Positions 1-13,753 of a stretch of 64,000 bases of DNA are shown here, one piece after another. The notes beneath the pieces are model-generated. The model did not search any database. It was given only the letters and a program-made list of their open reading frames with translations, and had not been told where the DNA came from. This DNA comes from Cetorhinus maximus. Taxonomy: Eukaryota. The DNA is taken from positions 1,798,001-1,862,000 of the forward strand of contig NC_135888.1 of assembly GCF_964194155.1 (NCBI RefSeq), in the 5' to 3' direction. Each line of letters starts with the position of its first letter. Within the stretch, counting starts at the first letter, position 1. The translations under genes were made by a program, and so were the position numbers.

Positions 1-678
1 TAACATCCTATACTAATTATGAAAGCGAAGGTATGTATAGTTTGAATGAAAAGCTTCCCAGGACAAGAATCCTGTGGATTTCTTTGATGTGTATTTTTAT
101 CTTACCATAATATGTCGGGGGTAACCTTTTTGAGAATGTGGATTATGACAGTCAGCCAAAACTGCAGGCCATGAGGTAAGTGAAAAGATTCCCTTTTACT
201 CTTGGTTTCTGTATAGCATTTTTAATCTAATTGGTATTGGAATTATAAGGTTACATAATTTAATAGATTTTTTTAACATGGAGTTTTTGAATTCTTTAAA
301 ATAGATTATACCAATTGTCTTTCAGAAGCAGCATAGTCACTCTGTCTCTAATCATTAAAAGTAAAACGTTTATTTGAAATATTCTTCACAGAGGTTTCTT
401 TTTCTATTAATAACTTGTCACTAGGGTTTTGTTGAATGCAATTCCAATAAATAAATGTCCTACAGTTCAAAGATAACTCCTGGCACTAGAAATGCAGACA
501 GTTTAAAGCTCTTCACTCTGTTCAATCAGCTTATACACCATAAACTGTCCTGTAACTTGCTAATTTCTTAAATCAATCATCATTCAAAATAAAACATAGA
601 AATTGATATGGCTGTGATTGCTTTGTAATTTCTAGATTATTATGGGATTTGTTAAGTTTTTAACAGTTAAGCACATCT

Positions 679-785
679 TCAGTCATCTTTAAGTGCTAAA
701 GCAGCAATTTTAATCTTCTCATTTAGTTCTTCTGGTGATTTCAGCAGTTCTGCTAAGCGGTTGTGAGACATCTCAAGCAGCATTC
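679..785 (-). CDS. Tandem-MLLE protein, last coding exon (C-half of repeat 4, stop)
   Basis: tttttag| acceptor; GMLLEMSHNRLAELLKSPEELNEKIKIAALALKDD-TGA, close to PABPC [32 protein letters not shown]. Minus-strand AATAAA at 374-369. Confidence 0.88.
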
Positions 786-1619
786 CTAAAAAAGATAGCA
801 GAAGTATTAATGCTATTAAAAGGGGCTGCGTTCTTATCAAGATCACCAAAATGTTAAGTTGATGCCCAGACCCTTAAGTACTGTAAACATTTTTGACAAA
901 AATGTTAATGGATCCGATAGCTCCTTAACATTGCACAACCACAATTTGAAATGAGGCTAATATCCGAGGTATTTTATCAAAAAATTCCAACGTATGATTA
1001 GCATAGCACCTGAGAAACCTGTGTGTTTTCTTTACAAAGTCATGGATTCTACTGCTGTAAACATTAAAGATAAGCATTTTAGTGATCCCATCAACTAAGA
1101 CAGTTTAAAGCCACTTATGCTTGTACAGCTCCTTTGACATATGCTCCTAAAGCTTAAGGACCATCAATTTTATACAGTTTATCAAGTAGTCTACTTTGTT
1201 CTGTTTTCACAGTGACTTGCAGATAAACACATTTTTACCACTACCTAAGGGAGTAAGAGTTATATGTAAGCAAAAGATGTTGATCACCAGCCTGAGATGA
1301 TGTTTTTTGTACTTTGAAATGTTTTGAGATTTTTGACTATTTGGACTAGGAAGGATAACATGAATTAAGATGGTTCCATTGATTAGGTTAAGTTAAATAA
1401 ACCCACAAAAAGGTCCACAACAAAAACTTCTGAAATTTGATTTTTCCGTGTACCAAATGAGTCTGAGACAGAGGGTGGGCTAAGACATGCCCAGTGAACA
1501 TTATCCTTCAATGGCTTCAGTAACCAAACTGTCTGTAACAAGACTGCCATGTGACCCCAGACAAACTTCCAACCACATATTTGCACCACCTATTTCCACC
1601 TCTGTAACATTACTCGACT

Positions 1620-2225
1620 TCATTTCTGCCTCTGTTCATGTGTTGCTGAAACCCTCAGCCATGCCTTTATTAGCCTGAGATTCCACCATTCCCAGGTATT
1701 CCTGGCCTGCTTCCCACATTCTACCCTCTGTAGACCTGAAGTCATCCAAAACCATGCTGCACATGTTCTTACTTGCACCATGTCCCATACTCCTGTACTC
1801 ACTGACCTACACTAGCTCTCCATTAAGTAATGCCACAATTTTAAAAATCTCATCCTAGTTTTCAAATCCCTCCATAGCCTTGCCTCCCCATATTTCTGTA
1901 ATCCCCTCCAGCATCACAACCCTTCAGAGTATATCTACACTCCTCATTCTGGCCTCTTAAGCATTTTAAGTTCTCTACCACTGGTGGCAGTGCCTTCAGC
2001 TGCCAAAGCCCTAAGCTCTGAAATTTCCTAAATCACTCTGTCTTTCTACCTCTCTTTCCTCCTTTAAAAATTATCCTTAAGACCCACCTCTTTGGCCAAG
2101 CTTTTGATAATCTGCCCTATTACCTCCTTGCGTAGCTCAATGTCAAATGTTGTTTTATAGTGCTCCAATGAAGCACTTTGGAATGTTTTATTACATTGAA
2201 GGCACTATATAAATACACATTGCTG
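1620..2225 (+). mobile_element. L2-type LINE 3' remnant
   Basis: Shares the tail ...ccaagctttt...tgctcc...aagcacttt...ctatataaa with ~45600-46360 and ~53850-54370. Confidence 0.65.
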
Positions 2226-2759
2226 CTGTTAAGATCAGCACGGCTTAGTTGCCAGGAACCTACATCTAGGACAACAATAGCAGGTTTAATTGCCAGCTCA
2301 ACTGGCTAATCCCCAGACAGAGAACTGGGTGGTTCAGTGGTTCAATCTTTGGTTTCCCATCTAGCTAAGAAAGGATGACCAGTCTGTAGAAATCTCATGA
2401 GGAACTCAAGACATAGATGAGAAATCCCTGCTTACATTTAGTGTCAACTAGAAATTTCAAAGTAATCTGATAATGACCAGATAATCTGTTTGTGACGTTG
2501 GTTAAGGGATAAATATTGGCTAGGACATGAGGGAAAATTCCCCCTGCTCATCTTAGAAATATTGCCATGGAGTTTTACATCCAACCGAGGTGGCAAGTGT
2601 GGCCTCGGTTTAAGGTCTCATCCAACAATGCATCACTCCGTCAGTACTGCACTGGAATGTCAAAGACATCTAAGATGTGAAGAAAAATGTATAAAGAATA
2701 TAATTCCGTATGCAATAAGGGACAGGAATTTTCATAATGTCTTTAATAATTACATGTAC

Positions 2760-2996
2760 CTGTTATCCTGCTAGCATGCTCACTGTATTTTGTATTGCTG
2801 ATATAACAATATAACTCCTCTCCTAGCTTTTCAGTCTCACTGTCCAGATCACTTCCATCTTCATTATTCAGCAAGTCAGAATTCTGAGGAGCTGCCTGTG
2901 AGAGTGCTGCCTGTGCTTTTTCAACAGCAGCTTGTAGTGCTAATCTGTCAGTTAGCAACATCTGAATGGCTGAAGGATCCATTTCCAGTAGCATTC
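2760..2996 (-). CDS. Tandem-MLLE protein, coding exon 6 (C-half of repeat 3, linker, N-half of repeat 4)
   Basis: ttttag| acceptor; GMLLEMDPSAIQMLLTDRLALQAAVEKAQAAL...EKLGEELYCYISNTKYSEHASRIT-G; G|gtacat donor; phases 1/1. Confidence 0.88.
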
Positions 2997-4867
2997 CTAA
3001 AATCAGAAATGGCATTAGGGCCTTGACAAATTAGAACCATTTAGAGCATAGAATTTGGTAGATGTAGATTCTAAAACAGCAAATAGCCTCACCAACATTA
3101 ATGGCATGGATAGCTGCACAAAATGCATTTTAAAAGTATTTGCAGTGACAAAGACAGGCAATATGTACTTAAAATTAAGATCAAATCTGGAGTCTGGCTT
3201 CATCCGACAATAATAATTATAATTAACCATAATAACAATAATTTGTTTGCATTTTAATTCATAAAGTGAAATAATTCCTGCATTCAGCTTTCATCTTATA
3301 TCATGCTGCCGCTAAGGGAGACTTGGCCTTGTGAGTTTTTATAACACAACTTGATTAGTTTCATAGTCTGTTAAAAGTCACAGGTCTTTGTGCAAAAACA
3401 CTGGCTGTTGGTCTCATCTGGTCAAGTATTAATGTTCTTTTGAAGCAGTGTCAGCTCCAGCTGTGTCCAATTAACAACTGACATTCCAACTGGACGCAAC
3501 CAGGAGGATCGGCACGTCCAAGTCATAACAGCCCGAGAGCATAAATGTTATGGTGGGTGCACTGCATGTTCTGCCACTAGACATCACAATCCTATTTAGT
3601 AAATACAATTATAAAGGCATGTTATAGATTTCTGGGGTAGAATATCAACTTACCAATTTTGTTTCCACTATAAATTCCTTTAATCCAACAATATACTCCC
3701 AAAATCAGGTGGAGAAGCCTAAGGGGGCACTTCCCTTCAGAATCCTAGGTCTAACAGCATGCTCCAGTGTTAAATAAATGTGCTGGGGAGATTTTCATAA
3801 TATATTTAAATAACCAGTTTGTCTGAAGACAATGATCTTGTTTCTTTAGAACATCTCAAGCTGAGGTCTAGATATTTTACTGCTCATATTCAGGAAACCA
3901 AATGGACCTACTTCAAAATCAATTTGCAGCAAGATCCCAACTTTTAATTTAAGTCCTCATACAGAGAGTTATCAATCTCCCCACAGAATGTGTGGAAGTG
4001 TCATGTGGTTTCCCTAAAGGAAGAGACAGAAGTTGTTGCGTGTCTTGAATACATGGTCAACTCTTCCACAAGGTGTTCTTTCTTCTGATTTTATTATTCT
4101 ACATTCTGTTCTATATAAATACTGACTGCAGCAGAAATGTCTACCAATGTGACTAAGCAGGAGTTCACTTCCAATGGCAATGCCCAAAATTCCTTTTGTA
4201 GAGAAAAGATAATTCTGTCTATAAAATTATTGATAACACAGGAAAGGAAAGGCAAGCCACAGCAAAGCACTGACACACAATTTTGACACACTCAAGAAAG
4301 CTGGTATTTAAGGCTACTCTCCACAATATGTCCAGTCTAAAAATCATGGACCTAAAATGTTTTTTTTAAAATCACAGATAAGGGACTTGACTGACTCCAC
4401 TTAATTACAATATTTTTCACTATTCCATTTTCCAGTAAAGTCATAAAAGATTCCAAGCAATCGCGCTTAATAATTTGGCCTGTCGGGGAAGAAAACTACA
4501 TTTGGTCAGCCCTACAAAAGGTACTTGCCTTCCTTCCCTTATTTTCAGTTTTGACAAAAGTCTTTACTCAACGCATTTAGTCTATTCGCTCTTCTGATGC
4601 TGTGGGACCTGCTGTGTATTTCCATCATTTCCTATATTTATTCAGTGATGGTAAAGCAGTTGGGTTAATTGACTCAAACAATCCTAACTGCTAACCATCC
4701 AACAGTTTTTTATTGCAGTTTCTGCAAAATTACTTGGATTTGCTCAATTGATATCTCCATTGGAAGCATCTTCGTCCATTGAAGATTTTTGCTATTAATT
4801 CGTAATGGTGAAAATATATGCAAATTTATATCAGTATTTCTTGAAGACTTGATTCAGCAAGAAAATC

Positions 4868-5275
4868 TTGCATTTATATAGTATCACGCAATTACTTTTG
4901 AAGCATAGTCCACTGTTGTAATGTAGGAAACCTAGCAGCCGATTTGTGCATAGTGGGCTCCCACGAACAGCAATGTGATAAAGGCCAGATAAACCTGTTT
5001 TCTTTTTTAAACATGTTGATTGAGGGATAAATATTGGCCATAACACTGGGAACAACTCCCCTGTTCTTCTTCAAAATAGTGCCACGGGAACCTTTTACGT
5101 CCACCTGAGATGGTGGACAGGGCCTTGATTTAACATCTCATCCAAAAGAAAACATTTCCAAAAGTGCAGCTATTCTGCAGTCAGTCTAGATTTTTGTGCT
5201 TGTCTCTGGAGTGGGCCTTGAACCTCCAACCTTCTAACTCAGAGGCAAGAATGCTACCAACTAAGCCACAGCTCT
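4868..5275 (-). mobile_element. tRNA-derived Deu-domain SINE (SacSINE1-like)
   Basis: tRNA-like head (gtggcttagttggtagc...ggttcaag), central ggccaatatttatccctcaa...cacattgctg core, and a tatataaatgcaag tail. Confidence 0.75.
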
Positions 5276-5626
5276 CACAAATGTACTTCCATTTCTAAAT
5301 CAAAACGAATGAGGGGATTCACATTTAAATTTTCTATTATCAGTAAATCATTGCCATATCTCCAAGATCCAAAATAATGACAATTGGAAAGTAGTGCTAT
5401 TTACAGAAGATGGAGTTTTGTTTTAAAAAAGTGACATAGAGAAGATAATTCCTAACCTGGGTGAAAGGTTTGTGATTGACAATGAAATAAGTTTTCAAAT
5501 CTTTAGAACTCCCGTAAACGTCAGCCTGTTGCATTAAAGTAGTCTGCCAATGCTCCTGCTGTTCAACAGATTTGTCACCCCACAAAAATTAATTCATAGA
5601 TTCAAAAGGATAGGGGTTCCCCTCAC

Positions 5627-5751
5627 CAGTGATGTAAGCGCAGTTCTGTGGATCGATCTTTTCTACTTGTTCAAAAATCTTCTCTCCCAGCTTCTCTTTC
5701 ACATCATCAGAATCTGAATTGTTGGACGTTTTCCTCTCATTAGGCATTTTT
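5627..5751 (-). CDS. Tandem-MLLE protein, coding exon 5 (linker + N-half of repeat 3)
   Basis: tttttag| acceptor; KMPNERKTSNNSDSDDVKEKLGEKIFEQVEKIDPQNCAYIT-G; G|gtgagg donor; phases 2/1. Confidence 0.87.
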
Positions 5752-6182
5752 CTAAAAATGTGAAAAGCATTGAATTTTTGAAGTACTGTGCACACAGGAT
5801 ATTGTGCAAGGTGCTTGCTTATGTCTCTTAACTTCATACTAACATAGCTAGCGTATTGTAAAATAGTTTTATATTGTTTTTAGAAACAGGGACAGCAGAG
5901 TGATCTGTTTTAAATTTCAATGTGCTGACAACAATTTCAAGCATTTGAAAAGCAAACTTCCATTGTTAGTCCCTTGTAAACCATTAACTCAAACAATTTT
6001 CTTCTCTTCTCTAGCTTTGCGACCCATGGGGCAGCCCGTTCCTTCCACCGTTTTTAGATTCAGCAGGTCACGGGGACAAGCAATAGCTTCATCGGCTAGG
6101 GTATTCTGTCAATCACTACACAGTAAACCAGAACGTAAAATATTCTAAACAGAGTTTGCATTTATAATACACACAGACTTAC

Positions 6183-6282
6183 TGTTCAAGCGCATCCTGT
6201 GCAATCTGGATCTTTTGTTCTAACAGCTGCAAGTCACTGACCAGCTTCTTCACTTTGTTCCGTCCCATTTCCAGTAGCATAC
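6183..6282 (-). CDS. Tandem-MLLE protein, coding exon 4 (C-half of repeat 2)
   Basis: aaatag| acceptor; GMLLEMGRNKVKKLVSDLQLLEQKIQIAQDALEQ; CA|gtaagt donor; phases 1/2. Confidence 0.87.
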
Positions 6283-7745
6283 CTATTTAATAGGCACATT
6301 AATAAACCTGCATGCAGTACAATTAGAAGTATTTTAATTTGTGTTTAAACATTAACTTCAACTTGTTTTGCAACCATCTCCCTACATAATTCCTGTATCC
6401 AACTATATGTTTATTCCATTCAATTCAAAATTATGATAATTCCATCTTTATTCAAAGTTAGATCAAAAAATCTGATTTTCTAGACCATTCATTATTGTCC
6501 ATTTCATTTCAGTAGCCTGTCAATCCTAGTGTTGAATAGATTTTCCATCTTATACTGGGGTGGCCAAACCACAGCTTGTGAGCCACATGTGGCTCTTTTA
6601 AAGATAGAGTGCAGTGCAATAGGCAACTGGTTGGCTACCACCCGATTTACAGCCCTGTCGTTTTTTGAAGTCCTGCCCAGAGTTTTTTTTTTTAAAAAAC
6701 TGTTCAGGAAAGAGTACAAGGCTAATTTCTAAACATAGGATAGTTGAGTCAAGGAAACAATGGCTGTTCAAAAATGGACACAGTTTCACGGAGAGAACTG
6801 GAGAGCACTGGGAGGGGTTTCCCGCCAGACGAAGGGCTGTGTGACCTGTGCCATTTTGGAGCAGCCTATCTGGCTCCCTAACCCACCTTCTCGCTGCTGA
6901 ACCTCCAACTTGCAGCCTCCATCCAGAAAAAGGAAGAAACAGCTTAACACAGAACACAGAATCTACTGTATTAGGGCACAGGTGCTCTGATTCAGATTTG
7001 TTCTTCAGTAGGTGGTTACAACTTCTCCCCATTTCGCACCCCCCCCTCTCCCCTGCCCACACCCCACTCCCGTCCTTCCCCCAAGTGTAATCGGTCCTTT
7101 TTTTAAACTTCTAGACTGATTTTCCACATTGCAAGAGAAAGGCTGCCAAAACGAGTTAAGCAGTGAGCATGTGCTAGCTCTGATGTGTCTCAGTGAAGCA
7201 GTTTTGTTTTGTCTACCTCTAGCAGTGATTAGCCCTGATAACTGAAAGTTTCATCTTAAGGGATATAAACTATTATAATAGTTTATAAGGCTTTCCCTCG
7301 CAAAAGCGTGTGCAAGAATAGTAATAAAAATATGCCTGTAAAGGTTGCCTGTGTCTTGCAGCTATCAAATGTCTAAAGATGATCATATATGGCTCCAAAG
7401 TTCCGAGTTTGGCCACCCGAGTTACACAATATAATCTTATTATTCTTTAAAAATATGTTCGAGTTCCTTTCACCAGAAATGATTCAAACATGGACCTGTA
7501 TCCAGATTAATAATTATCTTGCTTAATATCTCCTCTTTTTAAAAAGCCTTTTGTTAGCATTCTTTACTTGCCACTTATTTTAGTTCTTTAGACAATTTGT
7601 TCTGAGACATTTTCAGTTAGCATATCTTTTCCCTCATTTGGAATTACTGGATCTTAAAGAAAGTTTGCACAAAACGCAGAACTTGAATGATGAGCAGACA
7701 GTATTGCAATGGAAGCAAAAGCAACCCAGCAACCAGTGGCTGGGT

Positions 7746-8865
7746 ATAAATAAACAATATACTGCACCACCTACATACATAAATAAACAATATACTGCAC
7801 CACCTACATACATAAATAAACAATATACTGCACCACCTACATACATAAATAAACAATATACTGCACCACCTACATACATAAATAAACAATATACTGCACC
7901 ACCTACATACATAAATAAACAATATACTGCACCACCTACATACATAAATAAACAATATACTGCACCACCTACATACATAAATAAACAATATACTGCACCA
8001 CCTACATACATAAATAAACAATATACTGCACCACCTACATACATAAATAAACAATATACTGCACCACCTACATACATAAACAAACAATATACTGCACCAC
8101 CTACATACATACATAAACAATATACTGCACCACCTACATACATAAACAAACAATATACTGCACCACCTACATACATACATAAACAATATACTGCACCACC
8201 TACATACATAAATAAACAATATACTGCACCACCTACATACATAAATAAACAATATACTGCACCACCTACATACATAAATAAACAATATACTGCACCACCT
8301 ACATACATAAATAAACAATATACTGCACCACCTACATACATAAATAAACAATATACTGCACCACCTACATACATAAATAAACAATATACTGCACCACCTA
8401 CATACATAAATAAACAATATACTGCACCACCTACATACATAAATAAACAATATACTGCACCACCTACATACATAAATAAACAATATACTGCACCACCTAC
8501 ATACATAAATGAACAATATACTGCACCACCTATATACATAAATAAACAATATACTGCACCACCTATATACATAAATAAAAAATATACTGCACCACCTATA
8601 TACATAAATAAACAATATACTGCACCACCTACATACATAAATAAACAATATACTGCACCACCTACATACATAAATAAACAATATACTGCACCACCTACAT
8701 ACATAAATAAACAATATACTGCACCACCTACATACATAAATAAACAATATACTGCACCACCTACATACATAAATAAACAATATACTGCACCACCTATATA
8801 CATAAATAAACAATATACTGCACCACCTATATACATAAATAAACAATATACTGCACCACCTATAT
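7746..8865. repeat. 33-bp minisatellite, about 34 near-identical copies, intronic
   Basis: Unit ATAAATAAACAATATACTGCACCACCTACATAC with few variants. It accounts for the three ~400 aa repetitive ORFs. Confidence 0.97.
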
Positions 8866-8914
8866 CGCAATCCTTTTTTTTGAAAAACAGTAAACAGTTT
8901 CTTACTGGCTAGTC

Positions 8915-9262
8915 AAGTTGTCAATGACAGCACTCTCATCGTTGAGTCAGAAAATTTCGGGTTCAAGGCCCACTCTTGGCAATCGTCCAGATAAGGCAGT
9001 CCTATCTACCCTCTCAGATGCACATAGAAGATCTTAATGGCACTTTTCAGTCAAGAAGCATAGAGGCGTTCTCTGGGTGTCATGGTAAATATTTATTCCT
9101 CAACCAACAGACTATCTGGTCATTTATCTCATTGTTCTGTGTGAAAATTGGCTGCTGCATTTCCCTACATTAAACAGTGACTCCACAAGTATTTCATTGG
9201 CTGTAAAGCACTTTGGGATGTCCTGAGGTTTTGGAAGTCGCTATAAGTGCAAGTTCGTTCTT
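8915..9262 (+). mobile_element. Deu-domain SINE copy
   Basis: Same head, core and tail motifs as 4868-5275. Confidence 0.7.
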
Positions 9263-9581
9263 TCTCACAGTTCTTATGAATTGAATGTCCATAAATAATG
9301 CTAAGGTACAAACAAAGACTTGCAACTAACCTGAAGACCTTTATCACATTTTGCCGACAACTGGAGAGTACTAACTGTTCATGAACTGCTAAATTGAACA
9401 CGAGTAAATTATGGAATCAGGATAATTTGTTGGTGTAACATGTTCCAGTTTGACCTTCAATAGTGAAGGCTAGAATAACTAAATCCCGAATAATATACAA
9501 ACATATGAAAAATGAGTGACAGGAAAAGACTCACTGGTCCATACAGCCTAACATAATTATGATGTACGGACAGACAGTCAT

Positions 9582-10025
9582 ACTTGCATTTATATAGCAC
9601 CTTTTACAACCTCAAGACGCCCCAAAGCCCTTTATTGTCAAAGTAGTAGTTCTGAAGTGTTGTCACTGTTACAATGTAAGAAACATGGCAGCCAATTTGT
9701 ACACAGTAAACTCCAACAAACAGCACCATGATAATCACTCAATCATTTGTTTTTAATGGTATTGATTAAAAGATAAATATTGGCTAGGACACTGGGGAAA
9801 ACTTCCCACCCCCTTCTTCAAAATAGTGCCATGGGGTCTTTTACAACAACCTGTGAGAGCAGGCAAGGCCTCTGTTTAATGTCTCATCTGAAAAATGGGA
9901 CCCCCGACAGTGCAGCACTCCCAAAGTACTGTACTCATGTGTCAGTCCAGATTTTTGCAATCAAGTCTCTGGAGTGGGACTTGAACATTCTGACTCGGAG
10001 GGAAAAGTGCCACCAACTGAACCAC
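9582..10025 (-). mobile_element. Deu-domain SINE copy
   Basis: Same motifs. Further copies lie at ~2480-2660 (-) and ~60395-60760 (+). Confidence 0.7.
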
Positions 10026-10247
10026 ATTGTGTACAACACATTCCTTTTCCACTGCAAGAAAAAAAAGTACACTGCTGAATTCCAGAACAGAGGGTGTTAG
10101 CATTTCTGCTCACCAAACTGCTGTCAGGCACTGATGTTAAGCTCTAACATTGTAAAAAGAAAACTCTCATAACTTCAAATAAAATTTTTGATTTCACAAA
10201 CATTTTTATAATTGAAGGTGGCAATCTTTTAAATTGTACTAACCAAC

Positions 10248-10360
10248 CTGTTATTTTCTCACTGTGCCCAGTATTATGGATATCCACCAGGTCATACAGC
10301 TGATCGCCTAATGAATCAGTCGAATCAGAATCCGTATCATCTTGCACAAGTTTAAACAGA
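10248..10360 (-). CDS. Tandem-MLLE protein, coding exon 3 (acidic linker + N-half of repeat 2)
   Basis: tttccag| acceptor; LFKLVQDDTDSDSTDSLGDQLYDLVDIHNTGHSEKIT-G; G|gttggt donor; phases 2/1 fit the neighbouring exons. Confidence 0.85.
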
Positions 10361-10454
10361 CTGGAAACCAAACAAATATTTGTTTCTCAAACATCAAAAT
10401 TAACACCATTATAGATGGAAAACATTAGCCATTTTGAGATTAATAAGGCACATT

Positions 10455-11835
10455 AAAAAGCAGGAAACTACAGGCCAGTTAGTTTAACATCTATCATCGG
10501 GAAAATGCTAGAAGCTATTATTAAAGATGTTATAGCAGGGCACACAGAAAAGTTTAAGGCAATCAGGCAGAGTCAACATGATTTTGTGAAAGGGAAATCC
10601 TGTTTAACCAATTTATTGGGGGTTTTTGAAGGGGTCACATGTGCTGTGGATAAAGGGGAACCGGTGGATGTACTGTACTTAGATTTACAGAAGGCATTTG
10701 ATAAAGTGCCACATCAAAGGATATTGTGGAAAATAAGAGCTCACGGTGTAGGGGGTAACATATTGGCATGGATAGAAGATTGGCTGGCTAACAGGAAACA
10801 GAGTTGGCATAAATGGGTCTTTTTCTTGTTGGCAAGATGTGACGAGTGGTGTGCCACAGGGATCAACGCTGGGGCCTCAACCTTTTACATTTATATAAAT
10901 GACCTGGATGAAGGGATTGAAGGGATGGTTGCTAAATTTGCTGATGATACAAAGAGAGGTAGGAAAGTAAGTTGTGAAGAGGATGTAAGACGGCTACAAA
11001 GTGACACAGATAGGTTAAGTAAATGGGCAAAGACCTGGCAAATGGAGTGTAATGTGGGCACATGTGAAATTGTCCATTTTGGCAGGAAAAATTAAAAAAA
11101 AAACATATTATCTAAATGGTGAGAGGTTGCAGAGCTGAGATTCAGAGGGATCTGGGAGTCCTAGTGCATGAATCACAAAAGGCTAGTATGTAGATACAGC
11201 AAGTAATTAGGAAATCTAATAGGATGTTATCATTTATTGCGAGGGGAATTGAATACAAAAGTAGGAAATTTATGCTTCAGTTGTACAGGGCACTGGTGAG
11301 ACCACATCTGGAGTATTGTGTACTGTATTGGTCTCCCTATTTAAGGAAAGATGTAAATGCATTAGAAGCAGTTCAGAGAATGTTAATTAGGCTAATACCA
11401 GGAATGGGCAGGTTGTCCTATGAGGAAAGGTTGGACAGGATAGGCTTGTATCCACAGGAGTTTAGAAGAATAAGAGATGACTTAAGATTTTGAGAGGTCT
11501 TGACAGAGTGGATGTGGAGAGGATGTTTCCTCATGTGGGAGAATCTAGAACTAGGGATTATGGCTTAAAAATAAGGGGTCGCTCGTTTAAGACAAAGATG
11601 AGGAGAATTTTTTTTTCTCTCAGTGAGTCTTTGGAACTGTCTTCCTTAAAAGGCAGTGGAAGCAGAGTATTTGAATATTTTTAAGGCAGACCTAGATAGA
11701 TTCTTGATTAACAAGGGAGTGAAAGGTTAACGGGGGTAGGCGGGAGGTTACAATCAGATCAGCCATGATCTTATTGAATGGCGGAGCAGGCTTGAAGGGC
11801 CGAGTGGCCTACTCCTGCTCCTAGCTCATATGTTG
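10455..11835 (+). mobile_element. CR1 LINE 3' fragment
   Basis: RT motifs KSCLTNL, YLDLQKAFDKVPH, KFADDTK and LVRPHLEYC, with frameshifts; CR1-type 3' UTR. Confidence 0.92.
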
Positions 11836-12118
11836 CATGAATTCAGTTTTAAAAAAAAGTTATTCTAGCATTGAAGAGTACCAGCAATCCAGCAACCACA
11901 TGATGGACAATACTAAGTAGTAATACTTAATACTAAGTAGTAATCGATCTCACACTCTAAAGCTGAACTGTACTCAAAAGGTCCACAAGACTTACTTAAA
12001 AGTAAAACAAGCTAATTATCTAATTTAGTTTGCAATGAAAATAATTAGAAGTGTCATTAGCTTCAAATCTCCTCATTATGAACATAACACTCCTGTGTAC
12101 CATTTATTTATGTCTTGC

Positions 12119-12233
12119 CATTTCTCTGTGGAATCCTGAAGTGTGTTGAGTGCTTTCTGAAGTCCAGCAGACAGCAATTTCTCATCCTGTATCATCTGAT
12201 CCAGCACAGGAACTGGGAGTTCCAACAGCATCC
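12119..12233 (-). CDS. Tandem-MLLE protein, coding exon 2 (C-half of MLLE repeat 1)
   Basis: cttacag| acceptor; GMLLELPVPVLDQMIQDEKLLSAGLQKALNTLQDSTEK. The 3' end is either a GC donor (TG|gcaaga, 12119) or a GT donor 18 nt further (TG|gtacac, 12101); both are phase 2. Confidence 0.8.
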
Positions 12234-13753
12234 CTGTAAGAGGCTCAAAACAAAAAGACACTTGAGCTTTTTATATAAATGCATGTATTATTTATGCCAA
12301 GGGATATTTACACGTGTCAGAAGTTAATTTGATATTAATGGCTAATTTCATGTTTTACCACTAAGCAGTAAGAAGATTAAGAGAGTCTGTAATGTACTTA
12401 CTATTTTGTTACAGTGAATCCTCATATCCTCAAATTGTTACAACCATGAAAGGATCTCCATTTGTTACTAATTTCACACAAATTTGACTGTTGTTAGGCT
12501 GATCCTTCTGGTCCTCTTTTGTCTGCCTCATATCACACAAACCTTTCTTTCTTCAGGAATGCAGCTAATTGCCTCTTGAATGATGTTTCACTGTGTTCAC
12601 TTCAATGCCCTTTCATCACAACTTATTCCACAATGCTTCTCACCTTCGCGGAATAGAAATGCACAACTATCGTTCTCATTTCCAACTTCCTCATTTTGAA
12701 CTAGGGTCCCTTGTATTTCAGTCTTCTGCTCAAGTGAATAATTACTTGAATCAATTTGTTAGTCCTCTACATAAACTTTAACGTTACAGTAGGACCACTT
12801 TGGAGTTTTTTCCCCCAAAAATATACAAACTAGGGATGTATTCCCTGGGCTTTAGAAGGGATAAGTTGATCAAAGGTTTCAGGATATTATGGAGACCAGG
12901 TAGAGTAGCTAGAGGGAACCTATTTTGCTGGTTAGGGAGTTTATAACTAAGTGGTCATGGTCTAAAAATTAGAGTTAGACCTTTCAAGAGTGAAATTGGG
13001 AAATACTTCTACACAAAAGGGTCAACAGCAATTGATGCTAGATCAATTGTTAACTGAAAATCTGAGATTGATAGATCTTTGTTAACCAAAGGTCTTAAGG
13101 GATATCTGGCAAAGGAGGGCATATGGAATTAGGTTGCAGATCAGCATGATCTCACTGAATGGCAGAACAGGTGTGAGGGGCTAAATAGCCTACTCCTGTT
13201 CCTCTATTTCTCAGCCCAACTTCTTTATCTTTCTTTCCAATTTGTGTTTCTGATATCTATCATCCTAGCTGCTAATATCTCAAGGGCTTATAATAGCTTC
13301 CCCAAGGTTCTTGAAATGCAATTTAACCAGTTATTCACAACTATATAACCTATTTGATTTCTATTCTATCCTCTGATAATATTTCACAGCATCTTATTTT
13401 TCTGCATTACTACTGGGTTAATGGGGTCATTGATTTACCCACATAACCCAAGGATTGGGTTCCTGCTCACTACAATTTTTGACAGTTCAATTTAACCCAC
13501 ACACCACATTTTGGTTTGATGCCTCCATACCAACTATTTTACTTAGCTATAGTGAACTATGTATCTTAACCAACTGACCGTTATCCAAAAAAATACAAAA
13601 TTCTTCTGATTCCTTTGCTTCTCTTCTGGTATTATCTACAAGCTTGGAGGTTTTGCAGGTGATACTTTCACACACATCCTCAGGCCTCTAAAACATATTC
13701 AGGATCCCAAGAGCAACCCCCTACAGTACAGGGTGAAAACGAAGCGGCTGTAC

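Noticed and set aside
5190-5275. tRNA genes
   Set aside because: The tRNA-like A/B boxes are SINE heads followed by SINE core and tail; no full cloverleaf.
7746-8865. CRISPR-like periodic array
   Set aside because: No unique spacers, only head-to-tail identical units, and the context is eukaryotic.
7634-8870. 400-424 aa ORFs on both strands
   Set aside because: By-products of a 33-bp tandem repeat inside an intron, with almost no unique coding sequence.
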